DNA of 64,000 nucleotides from Plasmodiophora brassicae (Eukaryota): NCBI GenBank assembly GCA_036867785.1, contig CP145416.1, positions 620,001 to 684,000 of the forward strand, read 5' to 3'. Shown piece by piece: positions 22,336 to 34,500 of this stretch (position 1 is its first letter; each line of letters starts with the position of its first letter). The notes under the pieces were generated by a model. It saw only the letters and a program-made list of their open reading frames with translations, ran no database searches and was not told where the DNA came from. The position numbers and the translations under genes were made by a program.

Positions 22336-24045
22336 TCAACGCCTGGACGTTTCCGGGCGCAGCAGGTTGGACAGGTGCTCGTGATGTCGTCGCAGCTCGT
22401 CGATCTGCTGCTCGAGGTGGACCAGGTCGACCTTGCGTCGCTCGAAATCCTGGACGAGGAGATTGCTCCCAACGAACCCCTGGCGTTCTTTGAGGCGGTT
22501 CGTCTCCTGGCGCAATCGGTCGCGAACGCGTTTCGCCTTGGTGACTTGGTCGCGAACCGCCTGCAGGTCGGTGTCGAGGTTGGTGAGAGATTCCTGCAAC
22601 GAGACGTTCTCGAGTTCGACGAACTGGAGCTTCTCCTTGATGTGGGTCAGCACCTGGACGGTCGTTGTGATCTTCTTCTTCAGCTTGTGCAGGTCGTCGT
22701 TGCGCTCCTCGATCTTCTCGTTCAGCGTCTGGTTCTCGATCTTGAGCTGCTCGAAGTCGATCAGGTGCAGGCCCTCGCTCAGCTGCTCCTTCTGTTTCAC
22801 GGCCGCCTCCAGCTTCCGCAGCTGGTTCCGATAGTGGATGTTCTTCAGGCGCAGGCTCTCCAGCTCCTTGTCCTTGTCCGTCTCCATCGCCTCGAACTTC
22901 TCAATCTTCTTCATCGATATGCCACCGCCCGTCCTGTCCAGTGACCATCAGCACCATCATCGTACGTGCAACAGCTTCACATCATCACCTGTTCGATATC
23001 GCTGCCTTGCAGATCTCTCGTTTGAACTCCTTGAAGCTCTCCCTGAGCTCGGCGGCGTTCTCGTCTTCCTCGTCGAGCTTGGCGTTCAATCTAGCGGCAA
23101 GGTGTCACACACGCCCAGCAGGGCGGACGTCCCCCGTCAGGCGGCCTACCTGTCGATCTTGGCATTGAACGCGTCCTGCTTGGCGCGGAACACATTGTAC
23201 AGCTCAGCGACTTGGTCGACCTTCTTGCCATACTGCTGTTTGGAATCCGGAAGGCGCGCCGACAGGCCTCCTGGTGACGACGGTGAGGCTTTGTCGGCTG
23301 GTGCGGGCGCTGTGGGCGATTCTGCTCTAAGCGCCAGGACCCTTGCCTGCAACGACAGGTTCGTTGATGACAGTTGTCGGTGCTCCTCGTTCGCTTCACG
23401 CAGCATCCGCCGAAGGGACGCAACGTTCTCAGGGACCGGCCTCGGGGGCTCTACGGCAGCGACAGCGACGGTGGGCATCGCAGAAGGGGCCTGGCTGGAC
23501 ACGACAGGCGTAGGGACAGACACTGGCTCAGGTGCGGAAGCGGGTGCTTGTTCAGCAGGTGCCGCCTTCTGCTCGGGAACGTCTGAAGGATTCTCGCCTG
23601 CCGCAGCAGAAGACGTTGGATCACTGGCGGCGACCAGCTCTCCAGGAACATCACCGGGCTCAGGAGTTGGCGTAATAGCAGCAAGGACGTCTTCGGGTTC
23701 TTGCACAGTCTCAGGAGGACTGTCATCTTCGGGCACAACAGCGTCCTCTGGCTCGACGTTGTCGTCAACAGGTTCGTCCTCGACGACTGGGACATCGTCC
23801 GCGTCATCATCGTGCTCGCGAGGGCTCTCTATTTCGCCGCTGCTGACGGCCTCTTCGTGGCTGGACGCAGCCGCGTCTGCGTCGTTGGCGTCTGCGTCAA
23901 GGACTGACCCGGCATCGCCGGCCACGAGTTCGTCGCCGGCGCCCTCTTCGTTGTCAGGTGGCGTCGGGGTGCGGGCATCGGCGTCTTCCTGAACAGATGC
24001 GGCGTCGTCTTCGACGACAGCCTCGACGTCGTCGGGCGTCGACAT
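22336..24045 (-). CDS. CCDC96: Cilia- and flagella-associated coiled-coil protein CFAP184/CCDC96 (DUF4201)
   Basis: KEQLSEGLHLIDFEQLKIENQTLNEKIEERNDDLHKLKKK..VQVLTHIKEKL; acidic Pro/Glu N-terminus. Confidence 0.88.
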
Positions 24046-24148
24046 GGCGGCTATCGAGGCACAAGTACGCGATGATCGATCTCACCCGTATCCGACTCCG
24101 CCATAATATTAGGGCGGCCTGTGTATATATACGTACACACGGACGTTA

Positions 24149-25440
24149 CTACCTGGGCGATGGCAGCATGACGTCCGCGAACGGGAATATGGGAGAGAAG
24201 AAGGAATGCAGCACCGCTTCTCTTGGCGTCAGCCTTCTCGATGGGTCGTATTCCAGCAGCGCGCAGATGAACGTGATCAGAGCGGGATCACGAATGTCAA
24301 GCGCCTGAGCGATCCGTTCCAGGCGCGCCTCGTACGAGATGGCTTCGGCGTCATAAACCACAGGGTAGAACTTCCACAATCCGCCATCCTGGAACAAATG
24401 GACAGGGATGGGCCCCAGGAGGTCCTGCATTTGTTCCAGTAAGGTTGTTGGGTTCACCGCAGGAAAGAGTGGCCTCCCCGATACCAGCTCAGCGACAATA
24501 CAACCTTCAGGACCGAGATGCGTCAGTTACAGCTGCAAACCCAAGACAGCACTGAGACATATCGTTACCGAGGGACCACATATCGATTGGGAACGTGAAA
24601 TCCCGCATGCCAAACAGGACCTCGGGGGCGCGGTAGAACATGCTTTGCAGGTTGAAGTCGTCAAAGTACGCAGACGCATCCGCAGGATGGATGGCGTTGC
24701 CGAAATCGACGATGCGGACCTTGGACGACTGCCCCTTTGCGTCCGCCAGGAGAACGTTCTCCGGCTTCATCTGTAGAGCGTCTTCGACGATCAGCTCGTG
24801 CCGTCTCATGACCTGCACATGTACGTACATCGGCGTGGATCACATTCAGATTCTTCAAGAACGCCAACGCTCCTACGAGACGCAAAGCGATCTTACGGAC
24901 CCGGTCTATTGGCATGCGACGCCGCGCCTGACACCATGTTAGTCTGGTTGATTGATGACATGGACAAAGGACGGCAGTCCATACAGAGATCATGTGAAGC
25001 GAGGGACCCAGGCACTCGAGGACAATGCACACGTGCCGGCCGTGGTCGAACGCATCCAACACTTCCACGACGGAACAGAATCGCACGGAACGCGACGAAG
25101 AATTCAGCGTCAGCAGATGCAGCAGCTCCTGCTGCCCAATGTACGCGCAGTCCTCGTTGTGAATCTTAACGGCCACGAACCGCTCCCGAGGCCAGTACAG
25201 ATCCCGGCACTTGACAATCCTCGAGAACGTGCCCTGGCCCAGTTCGCTGACAACCGCATACCGTTTATGCAGCAGCGCAGCCCCAGGTCGCTGCCCATTG
25301 AGCATCAGACGCAGCCCAGCAGTGGCCGCCACCGTCAGATTCCTATCAATCACCGTCTGGCGCTGCCCTAGCCGGCGCCCGTCCCGCAGCACCCTCCGCC
25401 CATGCCCTGCGTCCCTGCTAACGGGAGCGAACGCCGACAT
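24149..25440 (-). CDS. CMGC Ser/Thr protein kinase, DYRK/HIPK-like
   Basis: LGQGTFSRIVKC, VAVKI, HAD|MKPEN, IVDFG, QSMFYRAPE, IDMWSL, LLEYDPSRRLT. Start could be 25440 or 25305. Confidence 0.88.
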
Positions 25441-25534
25441 CCGGAAACGTGACGACGTTGTCTGCTCCGTCGGCGGACTTTCCCGAGGCATGCAGCGGCG
25501 TCGTAACATCGTAACGTAAGGCCGCTGTGGCACG

Positions 25535-26615
25535 ATGGTTCACTGCGGGGTGCAGCTCAGCGAGCTGCCCGAGCGCGCCCGCATATGCCTGTCGGCGATG
25601 CTGCGGGAGCAGTCGACGGCGGCAGCGGTGGCGCGCTGCAGCCGGGCGATGCGCGATTTCGTGCGCGATTACGTCGGCGAGGCGACGGCGCTGGACCTGT
25701 CAGGCCGGCGGGACGCCGTTGCCATCCTCGACGCTATGCCCGCAGATCGTGCCAGGAATCTGCGCGACCTGAAGTTGCAGTTCTGTGGGAAGGCGGTTGG
25801 AACTGGCGGGGATCTGCCCAGGGTTCTGGCGCGGTTTCCGTCGCTTGCGGTTCTGAATCTGAACGGGTGCTCGGAGGTCGTCCCCGAGTCACTGGCGGCG
25901 GTGGGTTCCGCAGCACTGACATCGCTGTCTCTGTACTGGGTGCCCAAGCTCACCGATGAGTGCGTAACTCGAATCGTGAGAGCGTCGTCGAACCTGCGAC
26001 ATCTGAACCTGAGCGGCGCGAAGCTACTGACTAACTCGGCTGTCGCTGAGATCGCCCGTTCTCTTCCTGATTTGGAAGAGCTGGACTTGAGTACGTTCTG
26101 TGAACCGGCTAGTCTCGTGTATGTTGATGGTGCTCTGTTTAGCAAAGGCCGTTCGACTGACGGATTCGTCGCTGGTGGCACTGTCAAAGTCGTGCAAGCA
26201 ATTGACGTCCTTCAACAGCTATGCGTGCCCGAATTTCACCGATGTTGGCGTGACGTTGCTATCGCGCTCCTGTACAAGGTTGCGTCGCGTGGACCTATGC
26301 GGCAGCCAGTATTTGACTGACAGGGGCGTTGAAAATCTGGCCCGCAACTGTCCTTGCTTAACGCACCTAAACTTGACGTGGTGTGTGCTGCTTTCCGATG
26401 CGTCGTTGGTTGCTCTTGGTCGGCACTGCCGTGATCTCCAAGTGCTGACATTGTTCGGCATCGCTGCCCTAACGGACGCTGGTCTCGAGGCGCTCGCGAG
26501 AGGCGCAAAGCGCATCCATACACTCGATGTGAACGGATGTCCACATATCTGTCGTTCAGGATTCGATGCCATGCGAGACTTGTTTCCGAGGCTTCATTCA
26601 CTGGCCAAGCTCTGA
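25535..26615 (+). CDS. F-box-like / cysteine-containing leucine-rich repeat protein (FBXL/AMN1-like)
   Basis: Repeats LAVLNLNGC, LTSLSLYWVPKLTD, LRHLNLSGAKLLTN, LRRVDLCGSQYLTD, LTHLNLTWCVLLSD. Confidence 0.85.
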
Positions 26616-26765
26616 CGCGGGTGATAAATTGTCCACACTCATATAAACCTAAAGGTGTGGGGTATAACGTTGGATCTGGAACGTTGTCATGGTTGCACGT
26701 TCCGGGCTTTACCTTGGCGCATGTTAAGACGTATAGGTCTTTGGCCCGGTTTGATACGTAGTTTA

Positions 26766-28138
26766 TTACTGTCGGTGCATTGCTTTGAGACTGTCAATCG
26801 CGAATTCGTAGGCCAGGAACCCACCGGCGTTAGCTGTACTGATGAGGTCAGAAGACTGAACGGTTTCAGGACAATATGTGCATGGTTACCCGGAAACGCT
26901 CTTGCGGCGCAGGGCCCGAACCCCTTCCAGAGCCCTATCCAGCCACTCGAATTCACAGTGTGTCTCCAGGCGCTGATGAACCCCCCATCGGGAAAGAACC
27001 AATGTACAGGAAACCGGTTCCTAGGGTTAACCTGGAGGACGGTCTTGACGAGGTCCTGCAGAGCGAGGAGCGTTAATCGATCTGGACTGGCAAACCGATG
27101 CCCTACATACCTGTGGATATGATGCAACCCAACATGCAACGCCGGCGACACCACCCGCAAACAACTGCTGGCTTGTGTCTAGAGGCCCCACTTGGTCTCT
27201 TCTTCGGATCACCGTTTTCAGCGTTTCGTACGTGTAGAACTAGTCGTGCAGGCGTCAGTAAGCCACCCGACTGACATATCAGGCGAATCTCTCTACTTGG
27301 GCAGCGTAACAAGGTACTTCTCGTATGATTGTCTGGATGAGCAACGTCGTCAGCGTGTTCCCGTACGTTCAGACACGGGCGACTTACAGCATTCATTCCC
27401 CTGAACAACCCTCTAACGCCTTCTTCGGCGACAATCTTTTTCATGCAGTCCCATGGGCCTGCGTACTTCCTATCGGCGGCGCTGTACTGAATCTGTAATC
27501 GATTCTTGATGAGCTCAACGGGCGACGCGATGACTGCGTCGATCCAGTCAGCAGAGCATTGGGTAAAACAGCAGCGCATGCAATCGGCCAGACATGAATT
27601 GACGAATCCGGCCCAGGCACCAGCCACAGACGATTCGAACGCGGTCATAGGACGGTCCGTTTGTCCAAGAAGCGCTGCCCTTGCTTGCGCAAACGATGCG
27701 AAGACGACGGCATTCAATAACGGAACCGTTGCCAATGGCACTAACATTCCTATGTGGGCACACGTCGTCAACTGAGATGCCATTACTGTGATATTATCCC
27801 AGGGTAACCTTTGTAGAGGGCGAAGAATCCCTCCTTGGTAACGGTATCACGCAGGCAATGCATACCAGATCTGAATCTTTCCTTCCTCGACGTTTGTAGA
27901 CGCACCTGGCTTTCATAAGTTAAAACCTTCATCCATAAGAGTGCGCTTGACCGGTGCTTGGGCGTACTTTGAGAGTATCGAAAGGCTGTCCTGTCATGGT
28001 GGGCCGGTTAGTTTACCTGTTGAGAAGAAGGCGATGGTTGTATCCTGTACCGATCAGAAGAATTGCGACACCGGCAACACTGCCGGCGACGAGATCGTCG
28101 ACAACGGTAAGTTCGATTTTCTGTGGTGCATCCCCCAT
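26766..28138 (-). CDS. Mitochondrial carrier (SLC25), carnitine/acylcarnitine or basic amino acid carrier-like
   Basis: DLVAGSVAGVA, PFDTLKVR, PVELIKNRLQ, LFAGGVAGVACW, PQDLVKTVLQ, LWKGFGPCAARAFP; three PxDxxKxR-type motifs. Confidence 0.9.
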
Positions 28139-28566
28139 CGGCGACGTTCTAAGTCACAACGCGCCACGGTTCTATATCAACTGTGACGTTCCCTGACACG
28201 TCGCAAACGCCAGCGCCGCTGTATGGTCTACCCAACCCGGCCCCTGCTATCACCACTTATTTGGGTCGCTTCGACGAAACGTACTGGACAAGTCTAGAAC
28301 CTCCTAGTGCAGCAACAAGTGCCGACAACGAGACAGAATACACCACAGACGCCAAATGGAATGCAATCCCCGTGGTGTCGAAGCAGTCTGTAACTGAAAC
28401 GGGGGACCGTCGTCCTGATGGTATAATGTGATGCACTCTGATGGACGAGCGGGCCAAAAACGATGGAATTTCGGCGCTCGTCCAAAACTTACAAAATCGA
28501 CCCTTGGCTGCAAAAATGGCGCGCTGCTGACGCAGGTTCAGTTTTTGGATTCTGCGGTCGATCGCG

Positions 28567-31500
28567 ATGGAGGTCGCCGCGTCTTCGATGACGGTGCCCG
28601 TGCCAGCGGCACTACCTTCGGGGAAGCCGGTATTTGGGCACGTCGTCGTTATAAGGCCCGATGGCCGTGATGGTACGCACCTTGCGGGTCTCCTCTCGCA
28701 AACGATTGATTATGTTCGTCGGCAGGCGCGCGATTCCCAATCACGAAACGAGAAATTACGTTTGGACGGTTCGTGCTGGAACTGCCGATGCATGACGTTA
28801 TGTTCTCCTCCTGACCCATGTGCGCTCGAACAGTGACTTGAGCTGTGACATCCGTATTCAGTTGCGAAGCGTGTCCAAGTCTCATGCCAGGCTGAATGTC
28901 GATGAGAACGGGCGCGCCTGGCTCCACAACGTTAATGAGGCTACCGAAACAATACTTAATGGCAATGCAATTATGAACCCGACGGTTGTCGGACACAACA
29001 ATGTCTTCGTTATCAGCCAACGGTCGTTCCGTCTCGAATACCGTCAGTTACTTTCATTTCGATTTTCTCATCGACCGCCTTTCTTAATTTGGGTATCCAG
29101 CTGAAAACAAAATCTCTGTTGCCGCGCCATCGCTCCCGTCCAAGCCAGGACACGTTGGGGTCCGGTCGGAGAATGCTGGGGATCAGGTAACAATATTCTG
29201 TTGTCCGTCGGTGTAGGAACGTTGACGCAGAGCCTGTAGAATGCGCCCATAATGCTTGCGCAACAGAAGCCAAGCAAGAGGCGGTCGTCAGTAACACCGC
29301 TGAATGCTTCGGCCACAGCAGCTGTTTCCAATGCAGCTTTGACTGGATGTGACAGCCAGAGCCTTATCTCGGAAACGCCCAGGCGGTCACGTCGTCTGTC
29401 TGGGAAAGTGACTCCTGTTCCTTTTCCAACCCCAGTTCGCAAATCCTTCCGTTCGATGCCGTTACCTGCATGCAATCTTGATGCAAGTGCCAGCTCCGTG
29501 TCCGTGCAGATGTCTGTTGAACCTGTCTCGTCTGAGGTGGCTACCGCTGCTACCGATCTACAACTTGCAGGTTCTGCTGAACCCAGTTCGAATGTCCCAG
29601 CAACACCATCTTCGACAGGTGCTGACGGCGCTCTTGCAGCAGCGTCATCGGACCCGTTGGCGTTGCCCGTTATTGGATCGTCTCAAATGCCCACATCCCA
29701 ACCGCCTGATAATACAAGCGCGGCATCGGCATTGCCTGACTCTCGCGCTGAAGGCGTTCCCCCCATTGTGACCGCAATGGATATCGACCCTGTGCCTTCA
29801 CGTATTACAGCAGCTGCCGAAATCTTGAACACGCCCTCCACCCGCTCATCGCGAAAATCCACTTCCAAACCGTGCACACCAGCAATTTCAGCGGCAGCAC
29901 TTCCTTCTCAAGAAAAAGGTACCGCGCTACCAACCCCAATGGCTGTCGAATTGCAACCGTCAGCGAGCGCAATCGCCGAAACCACTGCCAACGCAGCCTC
30001 GACGGAGACTTCGCAGATCAGAAGGTCTTCGCGGAAGTCTATCGCCAATATTCCTGTTACTGGCCAACAAGTTTGTGCGCCGCCTGCCCATTCCGCTTCC
30101 AGTTTTCCTTCTAATGCTGGCACAACCAGTGTGCCCAGCACACCACTGTTCTCTCCTGTACGACGAACGAAATCTGCCCCCAAGCCTTTTCCCGCTTCCG
30201 TTCGAAAGATTTTGAAAGAGCGGATCGGCGGGCACAATGCGGAGCCAACAAAGCGAGGCTCCTCTGGTACGTTGGAGTCCGGTCTGCGATTTGTTTAGGA
30301 ATATTAATTTGTTCCCGTTGTTTTCAGGCATCGATGTTGTCTCAGAGGCTCCGGAAGAGAAGCCGCTCCAGAACAACCCTTCACGCGATGGCATCGTTTC
30401 ACAAGCATCGTCTCATATCGTTTCATCGGAGGCGAAAGATGACAGGACGGGTCGCCCATCGGAAGCTCATCGAGATGCCAGCTCTGTTCAGCCGCCTGCG
30501 CTGGTGGAATCATTGGCATCTCCAAGTCGAAATGGTGATGATGCTCCTCACGGCGGCGACCAAGAAAATGATACTCTTGCACAGGTTCGTCTACCGCTCT
30601 AACTCCCTAGTTATAACTTTATAACATGACTGTTCAGAATAAGGGAGAATCAATCGATCGGAGGAGTGGCGAGGCTCTTATCTTGCCGACTAGCGCATCT
30701 GCTCCGGGGTTATCAGTTGATCTGCACGAGCAGCGACCTGTTCAGTCGCCAGAATCCACGATACGAGAAGCCATTGTCCCGAAGGAGTGTGTCCTTGGAC
30801 CAGCCACTATTCCAGTACCTTCAGCCGAGCAGGCGAAGCATGCCACGTCTGATGATCAGGCGACTGCGGCAGATGTTCATGTCCCGCCTCCGGTTGAAAC
30901 ACGTGAACCATCATGTGGCAGCGTCCTAGACCAGAGCGCCGCCTCGATGTTCTCTCGTTCCATATTGACCTCGAGATCGATGGACCGATGTTCTGAGAGC
31001 CCGCTGCCTTCTGGCGCTTCTTCCCGTCTGGATTCCTTCAAGTCTTTGACCAGCCCGATCAGGTCCGCCATTAGGTCAGGGGCATACACGTTGCGGCCAG
31101 TATCAACCGCGACTCCTGTTGTCCTCCAGTCGGAGTCGGTTGCCGAACAGACTGGAAGCGATAATGCTCCCGAATCGGAATCAGTTGCTAAGCAGGCTGA
31201 AGCCGGTGATGATTCGGACCCAAAAGGCTCGTCTCTTCAGAAATCGCTGTCGACACCGGTCCGCAACGCCATCCGCGAGAAGAATTATTCATTGCGTCCC
31301 GTGCGGCTTGAGACGATTCCTGAAACTGAGCCGCCTCCTGGCAATGTCACATGCCTTTCTACACCAATCCGCAAGGACATTCATGAGGGAAACTACTTGC
31401 TGCGACCGGTATCTGACGTGTCGGGAGCTTCTGCTGTGGACGCCTCGGCTATTGCTGCGACTATTGGAGCTCCAGTATCTGATATTTCGAAGTCTTTTGA

Positions 31501-34500
31501 CCAATCGCATGCATCTGCTCCCGGCGTATCACCGTCTGGGATCGAGTTTGGCAGTTCTGCCCCACTTGTGACGTCGTTGACGACCCCGATCCGCTCTGCG
31601 ATCAAATCGAAAAATTACGCTTTGCGTCCGGTTGCGCGACAACCTTGCCTCGACAACGACCAGACGGCCGCTGTGAACCATCGCCCTATCAAATCTTTGA
31701 CAACACCAATTCGGACTGCAATCAAAGCGAAGGAGTACAGTCTTCGTTCGGTTTCGGATTCCATTGTTACTGAGTCGTTGAATAATGCTCCTGAGCTGTC
31801 AAGTGTGGCGTCTGAGCTGTCCAATGTTGCACCTGGCGAATTCAGAAGCCTCGCCACTCCAATCCGGACGGATATTCGTGAGAAAAACTACTGTCTTCGA
31901 TCCACATCCAATGCGCCGGCGTCCCCTGATTCGGTACCTATGCCTTCTGCCTCCGGTATTGATGTTCCCAAGACTTCTGACGCTTGTCAAGCATCAGACT
32001 CGACGATGCAGCAGGGTGCGAACGATGCTGTCGACGACTCGAGTCGCACTGGAATCAAGTCGGAGGACAACTGTTTGCATTCTGTGCAACAACCTCCTCC
32101 TTGCGACTTCCATCACCCTAGTGTCCCTGAGCAGAACCTTGTCAAATCTATGTCCACTCCGGTTCGATCCGCGATCAAATCGAAAGACTATTCCCTGCGT
32201 CCAGTGCAGCAGTCATCCTGCCTTGAGAGCGAAGCACCGCGTGCCGTTGAACAACGCCATATCAAGTCTCTGACGACGCCGATCCGGACAGCCATCAAAA
32301 CTAGAGCGTTCAGTTTGCGCTCGACGTCAGGATTAAATGCGGACGCTCCTGAGGCGGGTCCTGCGTCTGCTTCAGAGCAGGTCACAGCAATCGACAACGT
32401 CGCCAAGGGCTCCTGCGACGATCACGTCATCTTCGCCCATATAGCGGTTCCGGAAACACAGCCGTTAGCAGGCGAGGTTTTCAACGAGGAACAAGACGGA
32501 TCGATGGCTGATGCAGATGCAATCTCGGCGGCACCAGACCGTGCGCATGTTCCTTCCGAAGGTCCTTCAGTTTTACAGTCGAACGCACCGTCTGCTTCCA
32601 TTCGTGCGAGACTTGCTTCGGACGTTACTTGCACGCCTATACCAGAATCTGGACGTCCTCAATCTGCGGACGATGGACTTGCACCTGCACTTACGTTATT
32701 CCAGCCGAATGTCGAAGAGGTCGACGTCCAGACAAACGAGGCCAACATTACAATGGAAAAGGATGACGACGCCATGCAGACTGATCCGCTTCCTACTGTG
32801 CCGAACCCAATGCCGGTCGGCTCCATCACTGACGGCAGTAATCTGCACTCTGATGATAAGCCTTGTCCCGCTGTGACGCCGCCTGATCATTCTGCTGCAA
32901 ATGTCCCGTCATGCGATTCTGATGTGCAGAGTGCCCACTGTGCTTCTGAACATGTCCATACTCAGGAGTGTCTCAAACCGCGACCGATCCTTGATCACCC
33001 ACCTTCTCCCGCCCCCCTTCGGAAGTCTCTCAATACCCCGATTCGCCATAGCATCCGTTCTCGGGACTATTCTCTGCGCAGCGTTGGCCTGCGTCCCGTT
33101 AGGGAGGTCGAAGAAGCGTCATCCATCGATCCTAACCAGGTTGATTTCGACCTGACTAACAGTGACGGGGCTGACAACCCTCATGTCGCTGCACCGATCG
33201 CCTCTGCGTTCCATCGGTCACTGTCGACTCCTATTCTCAATGATATTCAAACTAAGCGGTACGCGCTTCGTTCTGTGTCCGACACCTTACCTGCCGAAGC
33301 GGATGATGAAGCGGAACGGCTGTATCCGGCACTGAGTACACCGCTGACAACGTTGTTTGCAAAGCCGCAGACGCCCTCCCGATCCTCTGAACAACACCAG
33401 TTACCACGTCGTGTGCTGTCAACACCTCTCAAGGCTGAACTCGTCCAGGCGTTTTGGCGCCGCAGCCTGTCGGGGCTGTCAAACGTGTTCCAGTCTCCGC
33501 TCTCTGCTCGTTCTTCTGCCACCCCTGGGCCGGCCGATTCTTCGGCAGAAGATCTGTCTGCCATAGAGCAGCCATCGCCTTCAATTTCCATCGACCAGGC
33601 AAACACAGAGACGATTCGCGAGTTCGTCAAAGACGCTGTCGACGACGCGTTTAGACACGGTGGCGAACAGGCTGATGCAGTTCGATGCGCTCTGAGCCAG
33701 CACTTCGGAGCCTCTATTGAAGACGTGCCATCGGTCTTGCAGCAGTCCCTTGCAGCCGGAATCTGTACGCTACAGGCTGATTTTCAGGGTGCTGCCGGTT
33801 TCGAGGAAACGGCGCTCCCCGAGATAACTGCTCTGCTTTCAACTCCTCGTCGTTCCGCAGGACAGGTTCTTGTTTCATCGCTTTACCAAGGCTTGTACGA
33901 TGTCGTACATGCACCAGCCGACATCCCAGTGGCGTCTCCTACTGATTCGGCCTCCGTTTTCAACGGCATCACGCGACTTCTGATGACTCCTGGGGCTAAT
34001 CGGCCTGTTTCCGATTGTTTCGAGTTTTCTCCTGTGGCGTTCAACCTCCCTGGCGAAGGTGAAAACGCGGCCGTTCGAACGGAGCGGGAACCAGAATTGT
34101 CATCTACCTGTGACCTTAGTGGCACCGCTACTTCACTATTTTCTGCAGTAACGTTCCAGACGGATGCAGCGACTTGTATTCTTCCTGGCGAGTTTACAAC
34201 CACTAACAGCCTGCCACCTGTGGCATTTGATCGGGACCCGTTTGTCGACGCTGATCAGGCGCAATCCTTAGACAATCTCGGTTCGGTTGAGGAGCATTCC
34301 TCAAAGGCCACCATTGAACCCCAGCCGGAATTGACACCTGAACTTTCGACTCGCCATCGGACGCGAAAGTCTCGTGTTCAGGCGCAAGACATAGACGAGT
34401 CTGGTTCCGTTGAGCATCATCCGGCAAGGTCTGTCGGAGACCCGCAAGAACAATCGACGCCTGAAACTGCGGCTCGCGGTCGAACGCGAAGGACTCGTGG

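Noticed and set aside
22838-23992. Long antisense ORFs, e.g. 22838-23992, 45564-46652, 44301-45158, 38156-38875, 41000-41647
   Set aside because: Shadow ORFs opposite well-supported GC-rich genes.
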